A stretch of DNA of 64,000 nt from Lingula anatina. Lineage: Eukaryota > Animalia > Brachiopoda. The translations under genes and the position numbers were made by a program. Positions within the stretch are counted from its first letter, which is position 1. Each line of letters opens with the position of its first letter. Below are positions 26,401 to 41,386 of the stretch, in pieces. Under the pieces are notes generated by a model that had not been told where the DNA came from, did no database searches, and was given only the letters and a program-made list of their open reading frames with translations. The DNA is taken from positions 7,192,001 through 7,256,000 of the forward strand of contig CM120642.1 in assembly GCA_051362555.1 (NCBI GenBank). Direction: 5' to 3'.

Positions 26401-28531
26401 ACATTTTGGAAGATAAAAGTATGTCATATCTTTTATATAAGAAAAACTAGAAAACATACAAGTCATACAGGCAATTTTCTCCCACAGTATATCCTCACCA
26501 GAGAACAATTTTTTTAAACTGGTAATTTTTCACACACTTAAAATAGAGAAAATTGGCGATGATGCCAAATATTCATTAAGACTTCATCAAAATAATCTAC
26601 AAGTATGAAAATCCATCTATGTGTATTCACTGAAAAACAAACCTCATCTGTTTCTGTCTGTAAAAATACAACACTGATTCTCTATTATTCTGGCCTCAAC
26701 TCTACTTTTAGTATCATTATGCCTATGTAATATTTCACTCGTTGCCCGGTAACATCCAACTGCATATAATTTGACATTTAATAGCTTTTTAGGTTCAATC
26801 GCCTATTTGCACATTAATAATTGGAATTTGATGAGCAGTAGTGATAAACAGATCATTTCCCAGCTGATGCTGTGCATGTGTTCCTGGAACTGGCTCAGCT
26901 CTGATGTAATACAGTGAGCCTTTTTCATTCAAGTTCTTTTATAGTATTTGTGCAGGAATAATAGGCTACATGATATTTTTTATAATAAATTACGTTTCTT
27001 ATTTTGTTTTTCCAAAATTATGAATTATGCTTTCATTCCCTAAAGCAGACTACTTTGATTCGCTGCCCCAACTAATGCATTCACATTGTCACAACTAATA
27101 CAATCACTAGAGTAACTTCACATCAACAGACCGACTATTATGTGGCTCTATTATGATAACAACTTTATATCAATTTTAGTTCAAATCTGTTTGTCTGAAG
27201 CCGTTGTTCTTAGGTAAACTAAAATAAATGTGACTACAGTATAAAAAATAAAGAAATAATCCTCAAGAAAAAAAATACCTATACTATACCCATATATTTT
27301 AGTGATGAATACTTGTAATAATTTGAATCATAATTAAATGAAATGAATGGTAAATTTTAGATAACGCATCCTGTTTTCACACATGTCTAAGAAAATACTC
27401 TATGCCCTTTCTCTACTTCTTTGATTTTCCAAGTCATCATCAATATCATAACCCCAGGTCCATTTCCTGGAAACTAGTACTATGCACAATCTCAGCATGT
27501 TACCTTGAATTAGCTACCTTGTCAAATATCCTGGAGATTGCGTTTTTTTTCCTTCCCTTTTTTACAGCATATTATAGAAGTGAAGCATAACTGTGTAACC
27601 ATACTTTTACAACTGGGAGTACTCTCCCAAGAAGGTGTGCTTACACAAGGACCACATTAGACCAGAAATGGTCCAACTTTACACTGAGACATTTTTTTTT
27701 CTTTTTTTTTGTGTGTGTGTGGGGGGGGGGGGGTCAGCTAAAGACAGCTGTGTCATGCATTAGATAAATCTGTGCATAACTTGTGCAGCTTTTCAAAATA
27801 TACCAGAACTGCATTAGGCCATTATAATTGACATATAAATTGCCATTTGGCAGGGAGAGATATGCATTCTAGATAGATTTATGCCAAGGGTTTTTTCACA
27901 TCTGATAGATACAAATTTTGGTCCTAAATAGGTAAAAACATGGTCAAATTTTCAGTCCACACTAGTCCTTGTGTGAACGCACTTTTCACAAAGTCAGGAA
28001 ATGTTCCAGATACATCAAAGTTGTGCACACAAAGAGAAAGGTTATGAGAAAGCCATCTTCATCAATCCAGTTCACAGAAGTGTGAGGTCATCATTTTCAT
28101 AAAAAAGCAACCGAAACAAGCTTTTACGAAGATCTAGACCTAAACTTAGAACCAGTGAGGTAGAAATGACCCTGGTTTGCAAAATGTTAGAAGAATAAGA
28201 TAAAGAAAAAGAAGGAATAAATGTACCACCTATAGAAGTATAGGTATAGTGCATTTGTTACAATAAAGCTACAACATATTTATATCAAACAATGAAAAAC
28301 TGAAATCTAAATTAAAATGCATATAATTAAAATTGTGAAATCTAAACCAACCTGCAACCAGTTTCAATGCCATAATGTCACAGAATTCCTACCATACCAT
28401 TGTATCACTTATTACACTGCAGAGATGACGCTGATCAAACAGACTACATATTTTTTCAAAATGGCCTACAAATATGTCATTCCAGGAAACAACTACCCAA
28501 AAATAGGTTAGTCCAGAAAAAAAAAACTTAA

Positions 28532-28867
28532 AGGGATAATAACTCTTCGTTTCGGTCAAAAAATGAATTTTCCTGGAGTAAACAACAATTTTTCCATACT
28601 TACCAATAGTTAATGAATCCATTTTTACATTCAAAGTTAGTCCCTGGTTTTTTCTAAAAAGTTTGGTTTTTTGTTAAAATCTCTTAAGAGATTTTAACAG
28701 TGTATAGCCATCAATGGAGGTCACGTGGTCTAAAGACAAGCTCAGATATCAGAATAATATCTATAACTGCCGTTTTTGTGGTAAAACAGAATATATTATA
28801 TTTCTATGAGTTATTCACAATGTTATTATTGTGAAATATAGGTCTCATACGAAGAGTTATTATCCCT
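28532..28867. mobile_element. Kolobok-type MITE, copy 1 (336 bp)
   Basis: TTAA TSD (28528-28531 and 28868-28871); perfect TIR AGGGATAATAACTCTTCG / CGAAGAGTTATTATCCCT; near-identical second copy at 48863. Confidence 0.9.
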
Positions 28868-29636
28868 TTAAAGCAACAGACCATGCTGGTAATTCCCTTC
28901 AACAAATTATATACATACCAACATCAAAATATACATATGATACTATTAGGTCTCGTTTAATGTGGTTGAACCAGGCAGATAGATAGGATTATTAAATAGT
29001 AAGGAAGATGTCACAATTTCACAAGTCCGCTTAACCAGTGACTTTGAAAATCTCCATCTTTCTAAGTGATTCAAAATAGAATCTACACATCACTTTTATC
29101 TTAGACCTGAGCAGTCAGACCTAAAACAATTTTCCCAAAAAAATACTGTGAACACTGCATTACAAATAAACTTACCAGGACAATACATCATCCAGAATCA
29201 CATCTCAGAAACCACACAGAGAAACATATCACTTTAATACCGCATGTGTGTTTTTACCTGTATCATAACACAGTAGCAGGGTTCTTGCTCACCTCAGTTA
29301 ATCAAGGCAGTTAATCTCACTTCGTAACCACATGGGTTTTCGAACAAAATGACATTTTATGGCCTTTCAATTAGGTTCCTGGAGCGTGTGCTGTTACATA
29401 CTAACACTTCTTTGCTACTGATTCTCTGCTAACTACAACACTGTTCACCTGGGGTTTCTTGTACTTTGTTTGTGTATCTAATAATTAAGTGGAGGCACTG
29501 GAAAAGGAGAGCTAAGAAACAAATCTGTGGATAAATGAATAGATGGATGGGCAGATTAGCATTTTACCTGACAGGCAGACAAACAGACAAACAGACAGAC
29601 AGAGAGACAGAAAGACAAGAAGGCAGGCACACAGAT

Positions 29637-29854
29637 ATGCTGTGGATGAAGAGATAGGAAGATGGATGGATTCAGAGATGACCAAATTTACCCCACCAAC
29701 AAACAGACAGACAGACAGACAGACAGGCATCACAAAACTCTGTATAAACATGCCGTGGATGAAGAGATAGAAGGATGGATGGATTCAGAGATGACCAAAT
29801 TTACCCCACCAACAAACAAACAGACAGACAGACATCACAAAACTCTGTATAAAC
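29637..29854 (+). repeat. Recent tandem duplication of a ~113-bp unit containing (ACAG)n
   Basis: atgc.gtggatgaagagatag...gaccaaatttaccccaccaacaaaca...catcacaaaactctgtataaac occurs twice, at 29637 and 29750. Confidence 0.9.
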
Positions 29855-30576
29855 AATCTTTCATTGCAATTATTTATAACCTCACTAGAATTCATGACAA
29901 CTAATGTATGTAACATTTGGCGCCCCATGTCCAAGTGGTAGATAGTTGTAATTCAATTACCTATCCGTATTCTTATCTTCAACAGGAATAGACAGCAATT
30001 TAATGAAATTCCATGGCTTTACATTATTAAAGTTAAAACATTAAAAGTACATGTGACCACCACAAGACAAACTCAGTGGAAATTTTTATGTAAATGTTTA
30101 AATTGGTGTTTCAATTTTGGATTTTATATCAAACAATTTATATAAACATCTCAAAATTTGAGAATGTGGTCAACAATAAAATACAGAAACACTATTAGTA
30201 AACTAACAGCCAATTTTAAGTAGCATTTAAAAGTATCATTATTCTCGTTCAAGGGAGTATACCTTTCACCAAAATCATAAAAAGCAACGATGCCTGACAA
30301 ATAGTTAGAAGGAAGATTTTAAGCAGAAAATATAATAGTCAACATGTATCAAATAAATTTGAGAAAATTCCAAAGATCACAGATGTATATTGCACTGTAT
30401 CGTAAGTCTTACATGGGAAGGAAAAATAAACAATATATACTACGGAAAATAAGAAAAACAAAAATATTCACCTTATACTTATCCTTATAAAATTTATTTT
30501 TAATCATAGTAATTAAAATTATTAAGATAATTTTATTTCTTCTACCTTTGATAGCTATTTATTGTTTATTATATTT

Positions 30577-30601
30577 CACACACACACACACACATGCCTG
30601 T

Positions 30602-30647
<46 letters not shown>
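30577..30647. repeat. (CA)n microsatellite, interrupted
   Basis: Direct reading. Confidence 0.95.
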
Positions 30648-30651
<4 letters not shown>

Positions 30652-33099
30652 CTTAAGGTTGACTCCAATTTTGAAACTTCACTCAAAATAACCATACAGA
30701 GCAAAATTTTCAATATTTTCATTATGACAAATTTCAGCATGCCATTAGTACATCTCTAGTACAAAGTCATATTACAACATATCCCTACTGGACAACAGGA
30801 AAAATACATCATACAGAAACAAACCTGCTTCAGATTCCTCACAAGATAAAACTGATCGACAAATTCTCAACAGTCTTGAGCTGATTGCTAGTCCCTGTGA
30901 ACATCAGTTCTACATATCTTCTCATCTGTGTATATATAATTCAACCAGAGGCAAAAAAAAAAGTCGACTATAATTTGTTCTCCCTACAACATGACCTATC
31001 TGGATATGTTTTTTCCATGTAATAGATAACACTGTATATAAATCACTGGTAGAATGACGTAGACAGATACTACCAGTTGAAAAAGTCAAGCTTTCTTTTT
31101 TTCTCATCATCTTGGAAAAGCTTCCAGGTAAATTTACTTTAATACAATTTTCAACAACTGTTTAATTTTGTAAAGGCTAGTTTTGGGAAAAAAAAACAAT
31201 GTAGACTTTACAAGTGTTAAACTGACTATCTTTTTTAAAAAGTGATGAACTTTATCATTTGATGAAGGGGTGAATAGAGGGGAGGTGTTATTTTCTAAAA
31301 AGGGTTTTCCAATGCTGGGACAATTTCTGTACTTCAAAGAAAAATAATCATGTTTATTTACTGATTTATTAATTTATAACCTTATTCATGTTTGCATACC
31401 TGGCAATTATATAAAGGTAATCACCCACAAAACCCACATTTTTTTATTGCACCCCCCCCCCCTCTCTCTCTCTCTCTCCTCGAAAATTAGTCAGAATGCA
31501 GCTTAAGAAAAAAAAACATGTGGGAGGATATAAACTGTGCATACTGATGCAGACATTAACAAACAGATATATATATTAATGGTGAAGGATGCCTAAAACA
31601 TGTCTGTGGAAGGAGAATGGTGATGAACCATTACGTCAGACCAATCCTGCATTCCACATCTTATGAGTAACAAGAGCTTTATACTTAGTGTATGTACATC
31701 TCTGGTGGATAAAAAAAAATCTAAAAAAGGAATGCACTTCACTTAACAGTTTGATAACTCATAATTTATCTGGTTTGATAAAATTCATATTATAGAATAT
31801 TCATATATAATTGTATAACATAATTGTATAACTTCAACCTTCGGGTTGTGATTCTCCAATAAAGATTATTATTAAAAAAAAAAAAATGAAACATTTGTTT
31901 AATTTCACTCAATTATTTGAATTAATCAAAAAGTATAATAATTCTATAATATAATTCTAGAGCTCTTTGTGCCTCTTCTTTCATGGCACAGGGCAATGAA
32001 CTTCCACAATTGGCTCTACATTAAAGCATACCAGGGCAAAAACATTATCTGAGTAATTTTCAGGCCATTTTTCTGCCTAGTTGCAATACACGCTACGGCC
32101 CAAAGCACACAAGATCTCTTGGTAGACTTCCAACACTTTTAAGATCTTTTCAGGCATACCCCCTTAAGAAGTGTCTCTAGTCTAATAATACTGGAATAAC
32201 AAATCAAGACTAATTATATCTTAGAGCAACTTTAAGTGTTCGCTTTCCTAATTGTTTTGCTAGTAAGATCGAATGATCAAATGTTGGAGCAATGTGAGGT
32301 GAAGGTCAAATCTTGTTGTTAATTGCCGAAGGAAAGGAGGATGCATTTTGTGATTCTGGTATACTATGAATTTTTATCATACTCCATCTACAAGATAATA
32401 GAATTGATTAACTATATCAGGTAGACTAGACAGTTATGTAACAATATTTACATATAGCTGCACGCCCCTTTAGCTTGGTAAAGATCTCTTGCCAAAAATA
32501 CTGAAGATATGTACAAAATATATACATTTACAGCAAAAACTGAGTTTCACAGTTCACAAATAAAATACAGAAAAAGGCCATTAGATAAACTTCCTATCAC
32601 CTATCTGGCTTGCTAATTGGTTGACTTAGTCTTAGGATCAACCAACTAACAGTAAACTTAATGTCATCTTTAACTTGCACAGCAATTTAAGTGTACTACC
32701 TTCACCAAGACCTGCGTCTTAACTCAACTAGCAGCATTCACCCAACTTGACTTTACCTCTAAAGAGCTTTGGTTCAGTTATGGTCATCGTTATAACTCAC
32801 TTTGTATTGTCCATCATTTCTTTTTAATTCATTACCTAAATGCACTCTCTTTTCCTTTTAACTCTTTTTACAGCCATTTCTAACCTTTCGATTTTTTGAG
32901 TGAGTCTATTTACAACAGAGGCAACTGAATATATATCCTTGAACTATCAAAGAAATTGAAAATAATATCAACATGCCACCCCCATCCCATCTACCTCTCA
33001 CCTCATTTATGCTTTCCATCATTTATGCTTTCCATCACTTCTATCACTCAAAACAAGTAAGCACAACTCTTCTCCTTTATCCTTCTTTTAAATTTAATT

Positions 33100-33101
<2 letters not shown>

Positions 33102-33152
<51 letters not shown>
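33102..33152. repeat. (GT)n microsatellite
   Basis: Direct reading. Confidence 0.95.
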
Positions 33153-33156
<4 letters not shown>

Positions 33157-33896
33157 CACGTGATGAGATTGTGACAGAAACTCATATAAAAGGTCACAAT
33201 AAAACAAACTTAACTCCTTTTAAGTAGCACAAACAGTTTTTTTCTTCAAAATAACCCCTATTTTTTATTTCTCCAAATGCTATGCCAGGTATGTTGTACA
33301 TAGCAGTGGCATGCATGTACTAACATCTCCCCCTATCATCAGTCTGGTCATGTGTCAGCTACAAACAAACCCTACACCTGCCATGTAAATCAACAAAATA
33401 CATACTCTTTCTTTCTTTCTTTTTGTTTCCTTTTTTTCTCAACAAGTTCATCGCTAAAGGTTTAAATTTAACAGTTTAGTCAAAATCGACTCTTTTTATC
33501 TTTAATTTGCGTAATTCCAATGTTACTGCAACTGTTATGTCAGCACTGTGTTAAACAACAATTTAAATCAAAACTATGCTCAATGCATACATCAAACCTA
33601 ATCTTAATTTATTAAATGTATTAATACTTCACAGATATGCCATTATTATAAAATGGTTTTTTTACCACATTATTCTTTTAAGGTGTACACAACATACACA
33701 ATAAATAAAATCCAGCTTACAAGAAATACAAGAAACTAAGTACATAATATCACTTTAAGGGCACTTCTATTCTCCCTTCGTCCCTTCTCTCTCCTTTTCT
33801 TCTTTCTCTCTTTCTCCCTCTCTCCAAATACAAATCAACAAATCAGACACACATCTCTCAGCAGTCAAAACAATAAAAGGAACAGATCCCACTCAC

Positions 33897-34057
33897 CATA
33901 CTGCTATACCACTTCCCAAATACTCTCTCCGTTTTCTTTCCACATCAACACAGGTGCTTTGTACACCTCCTACATCTTACAAGGTGCGTCAGGGAAGCAT
34001 ATTGTGCTCATCATTAAGCAAGGCAGCCATCAACTCACCTGGGGAGCTATATATAGC
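33897..34057 (-). promoter_or_regulatory. Candidate internal promoter and first exon ending in ATG|gtgagt
   Basis: Palindromic TATA-like gctatatatagc at 34046-34057. The exon ends exactly on an ATG (33899-33897) followed by the consensus donor gtgagt, phase 0, compatible with exon 19195. A second CAG|gtgagt donor lies at 34039. Confidence 0.35.
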
Positions 34058-35394
34058 CCCCTCTCCCATCCATCCTTTATTGCAGCAGCCAACACATTAA
34101 TAGCAATTTGTGGATACACTAGATTAAACCTGCACATATTTTCTGGTCTAATTAATGCTAGGCATATAGCAGCAAGAATGAATCAGTGGCACGTGTCTAT
34201 GTGTGTGTGTGTGTGTATGTATGCAACGTGTGTGCGTGTGTGCATGCAATATATTTGTACCTCAACTATGAGGGTTTGGAAGCAATACATAAAATTGCAT
34301 GTATATACTGATGAACACCAATGTGCACCATAGGTGCATGTGTGTATATGCATATTCAACTATGCATGTATGTCACAGTGGTATGAATAGTTTATAGTAT
34401 ATAACATTGGGTGTGTTAACCGGAGGGAAAGGGGGGGGGGGAGAGAATTGAGCCAATAAAACTGCATGCATCTATCCTACCTGCCTGTCCGTCAAAACAC
34501 ATGACAGACAGGTGATGCTGACCACCCAGGTCAAGATATCATGGACTACATGACCAGACGATGTCATCAGTTACACTGCAGTGTACTAAGAAATTGTATG
34601 TATTATATAAAAAGAACTTTTTTCAGGAAGGTTCTGTTTTCACCTCTGGCGGAACACCAAATGACAGGATACAAATCTTAGACATCATCCTTGAATCCTG
34701 TCAGCTATCCACAAGGGAAAGCGAACTTCCGTAAATGCCCTATCTTGTCTTGGAAAACTGATTTGTAAGACTGTGTCATAAAAAGTTGCAATTTCCACTG
34801 CACATCATCATCAGTAATATATTTATAATTTATAATCAGATACCAAATGTGAAACAAACCAGTTCATCTTTTTCATTTTTTTATATTTTAATGTCACAAA
34901 TGTGAATATTTCAAACAATTTTATTCTGGATATACTTGACAAGAATATGGCAAGCAAAATTTTTGAAAGAACAAAAAACTAGAAACAATGCATACTTTAC
35001 ACCAACCAATATGTCATATTCAGATATAACAAAAGATGATCATCATCATTAACGTAGCTATTACAATACCATTATCATCATCATAAGTCATTTTATATCT
35101 GACGCTTCTTTCTATCTGTCCCAGTATTCAAGAAATTGGCAGAAATATAAGAACAATACAGAACTCTTCACTAACCAATAGCTCATGTTCAGGTGTACCA
35201 GATGATCATGATCATTGCTAATGTAGCCATTACAGCGCCATTATCATCAAAAGTCTTCTTTATGTGTAGCACTTCTTAGGATCTCTCCTGGGGTAATCTT
35301 CTGAGTGATCTGTTTGTATCTGTCATTAAACGACCCATTAAACCTTAGGTATGTTCAACTTGAGGTCAAATCAGAAGAACTTTTCAAGCCCCCA

Positions 35395-35396
<2 letters not shown>

Positions 35397-35474
<78 letters not shown>
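35397..35474. repeat. Compound (TC)n(AC)n microsatellite
   Basis: Direct reading. Confidence 0.95.
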
Positions 35475-37651
35475 CACAAAACACTATCTACCAATCTCTT
35501 CTTCCCAAACAACAGGTAGGATATATGCAATATTTAACTCTCACATCACATTTTTCTTTCCTTCAACATCCCATTTCTACTACCATATTAAATATAATGT
35601 ATGGTTACCCTTTGAAAAAAAGTTTATATCTTAAAACAGGTATACCCACCTTTTCCAATGATCTGGTTCACAAGAAGGCATTCAACCCACTCAGTCAACT
35701 AGAAGCACTGGTGTTTTGAATTCCAATTTGTGTCTCTAAATGAGCAAATATGAAACACTATCTTAACAACTATTTTTTCAACTTCGCCCATTAGTTATAT
35801 GTTCAATGATGAGAAAAGCAACAATAGTCACTGCTCATCCAGACTCATAAGTGTCTCATACGTCCAGCTCCTCCAGAGTAGAAGTAAAATAAATAAGACC
35901 ACGACAGAAAGACATCTGGATACAACAAACATATGTTGAAGGACTTGTATTCTGAATCTTTATTCATGCTAGGAGCAACTGGTAATATGTGCCAATAGCA
36001 CGGAAGTGGTAGGATTTATGATTTATCTGTTTGACGCTTTGCCAGTGTATCGTATGACACAGTATGTGTGTACTCAAATCATGAACGTGTGTGTGTGTAT
36101 GTGTGTGTGTGTGCATGTGTTTACAAGTGTTTTTGCATTTATACCTATGCATGCCTACCTGTGTATAAATGAGAGCATTTATTGTGTGCATGTACATAAT
36201 TATGTGTATCCATCTATGCATGTGCATGAATGCAATTGTGTGTGCATACATGTTTTTGCAATTGTATATTTATGTGCACACATCTGTATAGGACTCTGGA
36301 TGATAATGGACTGCCCTACCCCTAATTTGTTTTTTTCATCAAACAACACTATTTTCACCACAGCGTTTTCTTCTGCTGCTTCCATTGGTATAAGCATATA
36401 GGTCCAGCCATACTGTTGCATAATCTGATTTTACGTTGCCTGTATCCACATCTGATAACCCTTCAACAACTGAGGCAAACTATGCAGACCCTGTTTTCTT
36501 AGAACCTGTTCTAGCACCTGTCAACACACTAGCCATTTTCTGTGGTGTGTTCAGACAGATCACTACTTAGATCGACTCTTATTCTATTATCCCTATTGCA
36601 TGTGAACATCTTATACATATAAACAATATTGAAACTAAAGCATGGGAAGATGAGTTGATTGCAATGAGTCAAACAGTTATCTTTGACCACATATTTTGAA
36701 CTTTGTTTGAAATTGCAAACAACATCCATTTTGCAGTGAGACCAGCATCGGACCGAAATGATAAAGATCGACAGTAATCTAGTGAACTGGGCCCCTTGTA
36801 TCTGTAAACTTGTGTTTCAACAATAAATAAACACAACAGCCCACCTCCCTGGATACCTGCTGCTAGGCAGAAAGTAAACTATCATGTAGGTAAAACTGAC
36901 AGAGATATTGTCTGCTTAGGCCCTTAGACAGCAATTTTTAAAGGTTTTTTTTTCTAAAAAAAAAAAAGGTCAAATTTTACCCAGAAAGGACCCTTTCCCA
37001 GCTAACAGGTTGGTTCATTTGAACCCCCCCCCCCCCATCCCCCACCCCTTGAATTTGGGACTGTTGCTTTTCTCTTTAGCTTTGCATTAATTTAATGATG
37101 ACACAGATTGTGTTAGGTCTTTCTGCATTTCATCTTATTATCAAACAGGCTGAAATTTGTACTCTTCCTGTGTGTTGCTTCATCCAGCAATCATTAATCT
37201 TTTTTCTATAATTTTGTTCATTGGAAATGACAAAACAAAAGTAGTAAATTCAACATTACAGATAATTCCGCAAGGTTCATTTCATTACCAATAAAAGTAT
37301 CGATATACATAATGTCTTTGTCCTGTCCTTACAAAATACTCATGTAATTTTATTTATTGATGTATTTCCCTAGTGCCAACAGACAAATAAAATAACACAA
37401 TATAGGCTCTATCAGTTGTGTCTAGGGGGTCTTATAATAAGCAAGCATATAAAGATATAAACAAACAAATGAAGATGTCACAGGTATCTCAGTCGTATCT
37501 GGGGGGTTATCCCATCCATACATCAATGTGACAACAATATGGGTGACTATGACAAGACAACAGGGTGACAGATTGGTGATATCCGATACCCAGGGGCCTG
37601 TTACACACACAAAAAGTTGGTCTTTCCTCTTACACCACAATTTCACTTTAA

Positions 37652-37865
37652 GGGCACATTCCCATAGATTTTAGATCGATCCATCCCCGTGGGGAGTCTC
37701 ACTAGATTACTGTCAGATAATCCGGCTTCAATGTCCACCCCGCCTACTACAAGCTGTAAGGGGGTAATTAACTTTCGTGCCCGCTCGGCTGACAGCTATT
37801 TAGCGTGAACCCCCAGAGAGTTAGGTCGATCTAGTTGGATCAATCTAATCTCTAGGAATAGGGTC
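37652..37865. mobile_element. Small non-autonomous DNA transposon with AGATCGATC subterminal motifs, copy 1
   Basis: Reverse-complement match over about 215 bp to 62472-62697; degenerate TIRs; flanks taa/caa consistent with a 3-bp TSD. Confidence 0.75.
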
Positions 37866-39112
37866 CAAGACAAAAGATGCATTAGTGGTCGTCCATATAA
37901 GACCATGTAACATTGTGCTGGTTTTATAAAAAGAAAGAAATATGATTTCTGTTTAGGACCTACAGTTACCTTTTTCTAGTGGATCACTGCTGAATTAACC
38001 TAACTTAGAAGAAAATTTGTTCAAAATGTTAGACCTACTTTGGGTCTGAAGTTCTTTTGTGACCCCCCCCCCCCCCCCTTCCCAGGTGTCTCTATATGTA
38101 GTGCAGCTGACCCCAATCTATGTATATGTTTATATGTACAGACTTTTAATTCACTGATCACATGCAAGACCAGGTCCCCCTACACAAGTATATGTATAAA
38201 TGCACCACTGTAACATCATTTGTCTCACTATATGTGGATACACTTTTTATTATCCATGCATGTCATGTCAGCATGTGTCTTTTTAAGTGTTTCTTCTGCA
38301 CTGCTCTAAGATAAGCTGCAATGCTTCTCTCTCTCTCTCTCTATCTCTCTCTCATTTATTCCGCCTTCTCTCTCTCTCTGTTTTCCCTTCTCTATCTTAA
38401 TATACACCACCTTAGTCTGCAAACTCACTGATATCACATTTTACTTTCCTTGTGTAAGCATCTTGAATGAGCACCTTGACTTCCATATGCCCACCTCTAA
38501 TACACCTCTTTACCTAACACATAACAAGCCTATTTCTTAATATATTGTTTGACTCCTACCTCTTTTTGCAAAATTAAATCAGTGCATTTCCAGGTCCTGC
38601 CTGCATGTCCGTTTTAATCAATACAGCATCATCACTAAACCACACCTGAATCTTTGACCAATCACCCCAATATCTGTTTTAAATCTACAGGGTGTTACCA
38701 AAGCTCATGTTTCCATAGACATATATTAGTACCGTAGGTAGAGGGGTATCCACAGAAATATACATACCTGTCAGCATCAGCATTAACTGTTATGGCAAAT
38801 CAGGCTTAATTTTAGTTTAGAGGTATGCAATATATACATATTAAATATAAGGGTGTCTTAAATAACCATGCAAATCATCCATATGATACAGCATGCAAAG
38901 GGATCATTACAATAACCATATGGTTTCAAGCCCAGTTTAGACAAATTTTACGCGGAGTGACTTCCATCTGAAATGTTTCAACAGACAACTAGCTGTGCAT
39001 GATCTGAGGCACAGTGGGTCTCTCTCTGCAGTCAAATCTACACACAGAGGATTTCCTCTCCCTCCCCCACCCACAACCAAACCACTCACCCTCATTCTAC
39101 CACTGTGACACA

Positions 39113-39282
39113 CAGTGTTTGCCTCTTAGGAAAATTAGGGGCCCAAAATTAGTTGCTGGACCGAAAGTCCAGCCATCTTGAAAAGTAGCTGGACTGAATG
39201 TCTGCAGGGTGGGAAAACTTCTCAGCCCGTTCTGAAGGTTGTCAGCCCCGGGCAGACGGTCCAGCCTTAATTTCTAACACTG
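39113..39282. mobile_element. Possible hAT-like MITE relic
   Basis: CAGTGTT...AACACTG termini around a GC-richer core with repeated GCTGGAC/GTCCAGC; no clean TSD. Confidence 0.35.
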
Positions 39283-41206
39283 GACTGACACATTTAAATT
39301 CAAGCTGAGTTCATCAGATTGTCCAGTGAAAGATTATAGACAAAATGCTCTAAATGTAAAACTTTTGTCTAAATCCTGCTTACATCTTCATTTCAAAATC
39401 CACAAATGAAGTATGACGTAAGATGTAAATCATGTGATATGTTCCATCAACGGTGTAATGTTAAATGCAGTGAAATTTCCTCAATCAATCTTAGATCTTC
39501 TTAAATGTGAATTTATACCAAGATCAAAGCTAAAATGCTAATCTAAACCAGGCATTAGATGAAGTTTTATTTAGAAAAATGCTTCCTTTACCACAAACAC
39601 TACACATTTGACTCAAATATGCCTGGGTTTACTTTAGCAACAATTCAGCTCTATGCTGGGATCCCAAAACAACTGTTGTGTCTTTTCTTTTTGCACTTTT
39701 TTGCACCCTCCCCTCCCCCTCCCTGCAGTATTGCTATCTTGGCTTGTCACTGAATATCTACTGATTTTTTCAGTAGAAAATGCATTTTAATTTCAACTGT
39801 AACCATACAGTAAATAAAAATCTATTTACTTATTTCAAATATTTTGATTTTTTTTTTTTTTTTTTTTTTTTTGGGGGGGGGGGGAGGGAGGACCAAGCCC
39901 AGTGTGTGTCTGTCGTCTTATCAACCAAATTGAGGGGGGGGTAAAATCACGTAATAAACCTTTCTCTAAGGTATGAAATGTCATTTCTAACACCTGGTAA
40001 TATTGTCTGAAGTTAACATAACACAAGGATATCATGTTTTATTCACGACATGAGAACAGAATTCAAAGACAGAAATTCTGACACTGCTAGGTGTACCCTT
40101 TCTTCAAATGTGCTAACAGCATATTTGATGTCGCAATTATATTGTATGTGAGGAGAATTCTCATGCTTAACACTCCTTTCATATGCCAACTCCACTTCAT
40201 AATCACAAAGATCTGAGGCTGATCTGTTCTCCCACAAAATTCAAATTGATAAACAGGTATTTATCATAATGGGACGGAAATACTAGTGCTTTCTTCTCAG
40301 GACATAAACTTTTTATGCAAAAAGTATCAATCAACTAGAGTGCACTCCTGGAGCGCAAATCCCCACAAAGGAAAAAAAAAGCAACAAAAAATTATTTAAA
40401 AAAATTAAGAGATCTGAATTCATTTTACACTGTAATCACGCCTTTATGTCTAAATTGTCTATCTTGTAAATTGAAATTTCATCAAAATGTGTGACAAATT
40501 TTTGGGGATATATTGTCCAACAACAAACAAATAGTAAGGAAACCCTGAGTTTCAAAGGTTACTGAACAAAATCATGTTGTTGTATGTTAACAGTGGAGTT
40601 AGGACCCATTCCCAATGGAACTATCATTACGTATAGATCGATCCAACTCCATCGGGACTCTTGCTGAATGCAATCACATAAACAGATTAACACGCCTCCT
40701 CTTGTTTCCAACATACTTGTATAATCACCAGCTTTTTTTATTCTATTCAATGCCAGGAGGCATGTTAATCTGCTAATTAATCTGATATTCCCCCCCCCCC
40801 TGAGTCGGATTGATATCTGTAGAACGATCCCTAATAGTTTCTAGAAAACTATGAGATTCAGTTTTTGACTGTGTGTCAAAAATTCACTACCAACAATTCA
40901 TTTTACTTTAAGTTGGGTTATCCATCAACAAGGGAAGAGCAATTTTTCATCATTTTTTTTTTCATCTACAATCCTTGAAAAACTGATGAGTGAGAGTGAA
41001 AATACACAGAATTAGAAAGATGGTAGGAGGCTGAGCAGGAGGCTACTGAGATCTGATATAGAAAGTAATGAAAACCATTGCTAATAAGTGCTTTGAGGAA
41101 ACAAGTTTCTGGTAAACAGACTATACCAGTCAACCAAATGGCACTAAATACTAAACCACCAACTCCTTAACACAATTTTGCTTTAAAAATATGAACTGAA
41201 ACAGTA

Positions 41207-41291
41207 TTTTCACACAAAACGAAAGCCTAACAAACACTTTCACACAAAATGAGAGCCTAACAAACATTTTCACACAACGAAAAGCTTAACA
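41207..41291 (+). repeat. ~30-bp triple tandem repeat just inside the intron after the start exon
   Basis: tttcacacaaaa.ga.agcctaacaaaca three times. Confidence 0.8.
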
Positions 41292-41317
41292 ATTAAGACT
41301 TCAACAAATGGTCCTAC

Positions 41318-41386
41318 CTCAGCCTGTTTCAAGTAAATCTCAATGGCGGAGTATTCGTCCTTCTGGCATATCCTGTTGCTTGTCAT
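41318..41386 (-). CDS. First coding exon (coding part) of an uncharacterised large gene; MTSNRICQKDEYSAIEIYLKQAE. The full exon is 41318-41420.
   Basis: Acceptor tttgtctttctag before 41420 and donor GAG|gtagga after 41318. All three frames entering the exon hit stops, so translation must start inside it. The ATG at 41386 gives 23 codons ending in phase 0, which join 19195 to give a plausible helix (IEIYLKQAE-EELGKALNKL). Confidence 0.65.

Noticed and set aside
28389-28634. Same peptide MNVKMDSLTIGKYGK... appearing twice (also 48765-48965)
   Set aside because: Translation of the two copies of the non-coding MITE; TTG start, and the ORFs diverge at the element boundary.
35305-36421. Cluster of 70-130-aa ORFs, with similar ones at 12091, 16473, 17965, 25225 and 29512
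   Set aside because: Produced by perfect or degenerate dinucleotide and tetranucleotide repeats that lack stop codons; no splice or domain support.
36545-36796. Segment sharing cactagattactgtc with the 37652 MITE family
   Set aside because: Only a 15-bp match and very degenerate termini; probably an old relic, with boundaries I cannot support.
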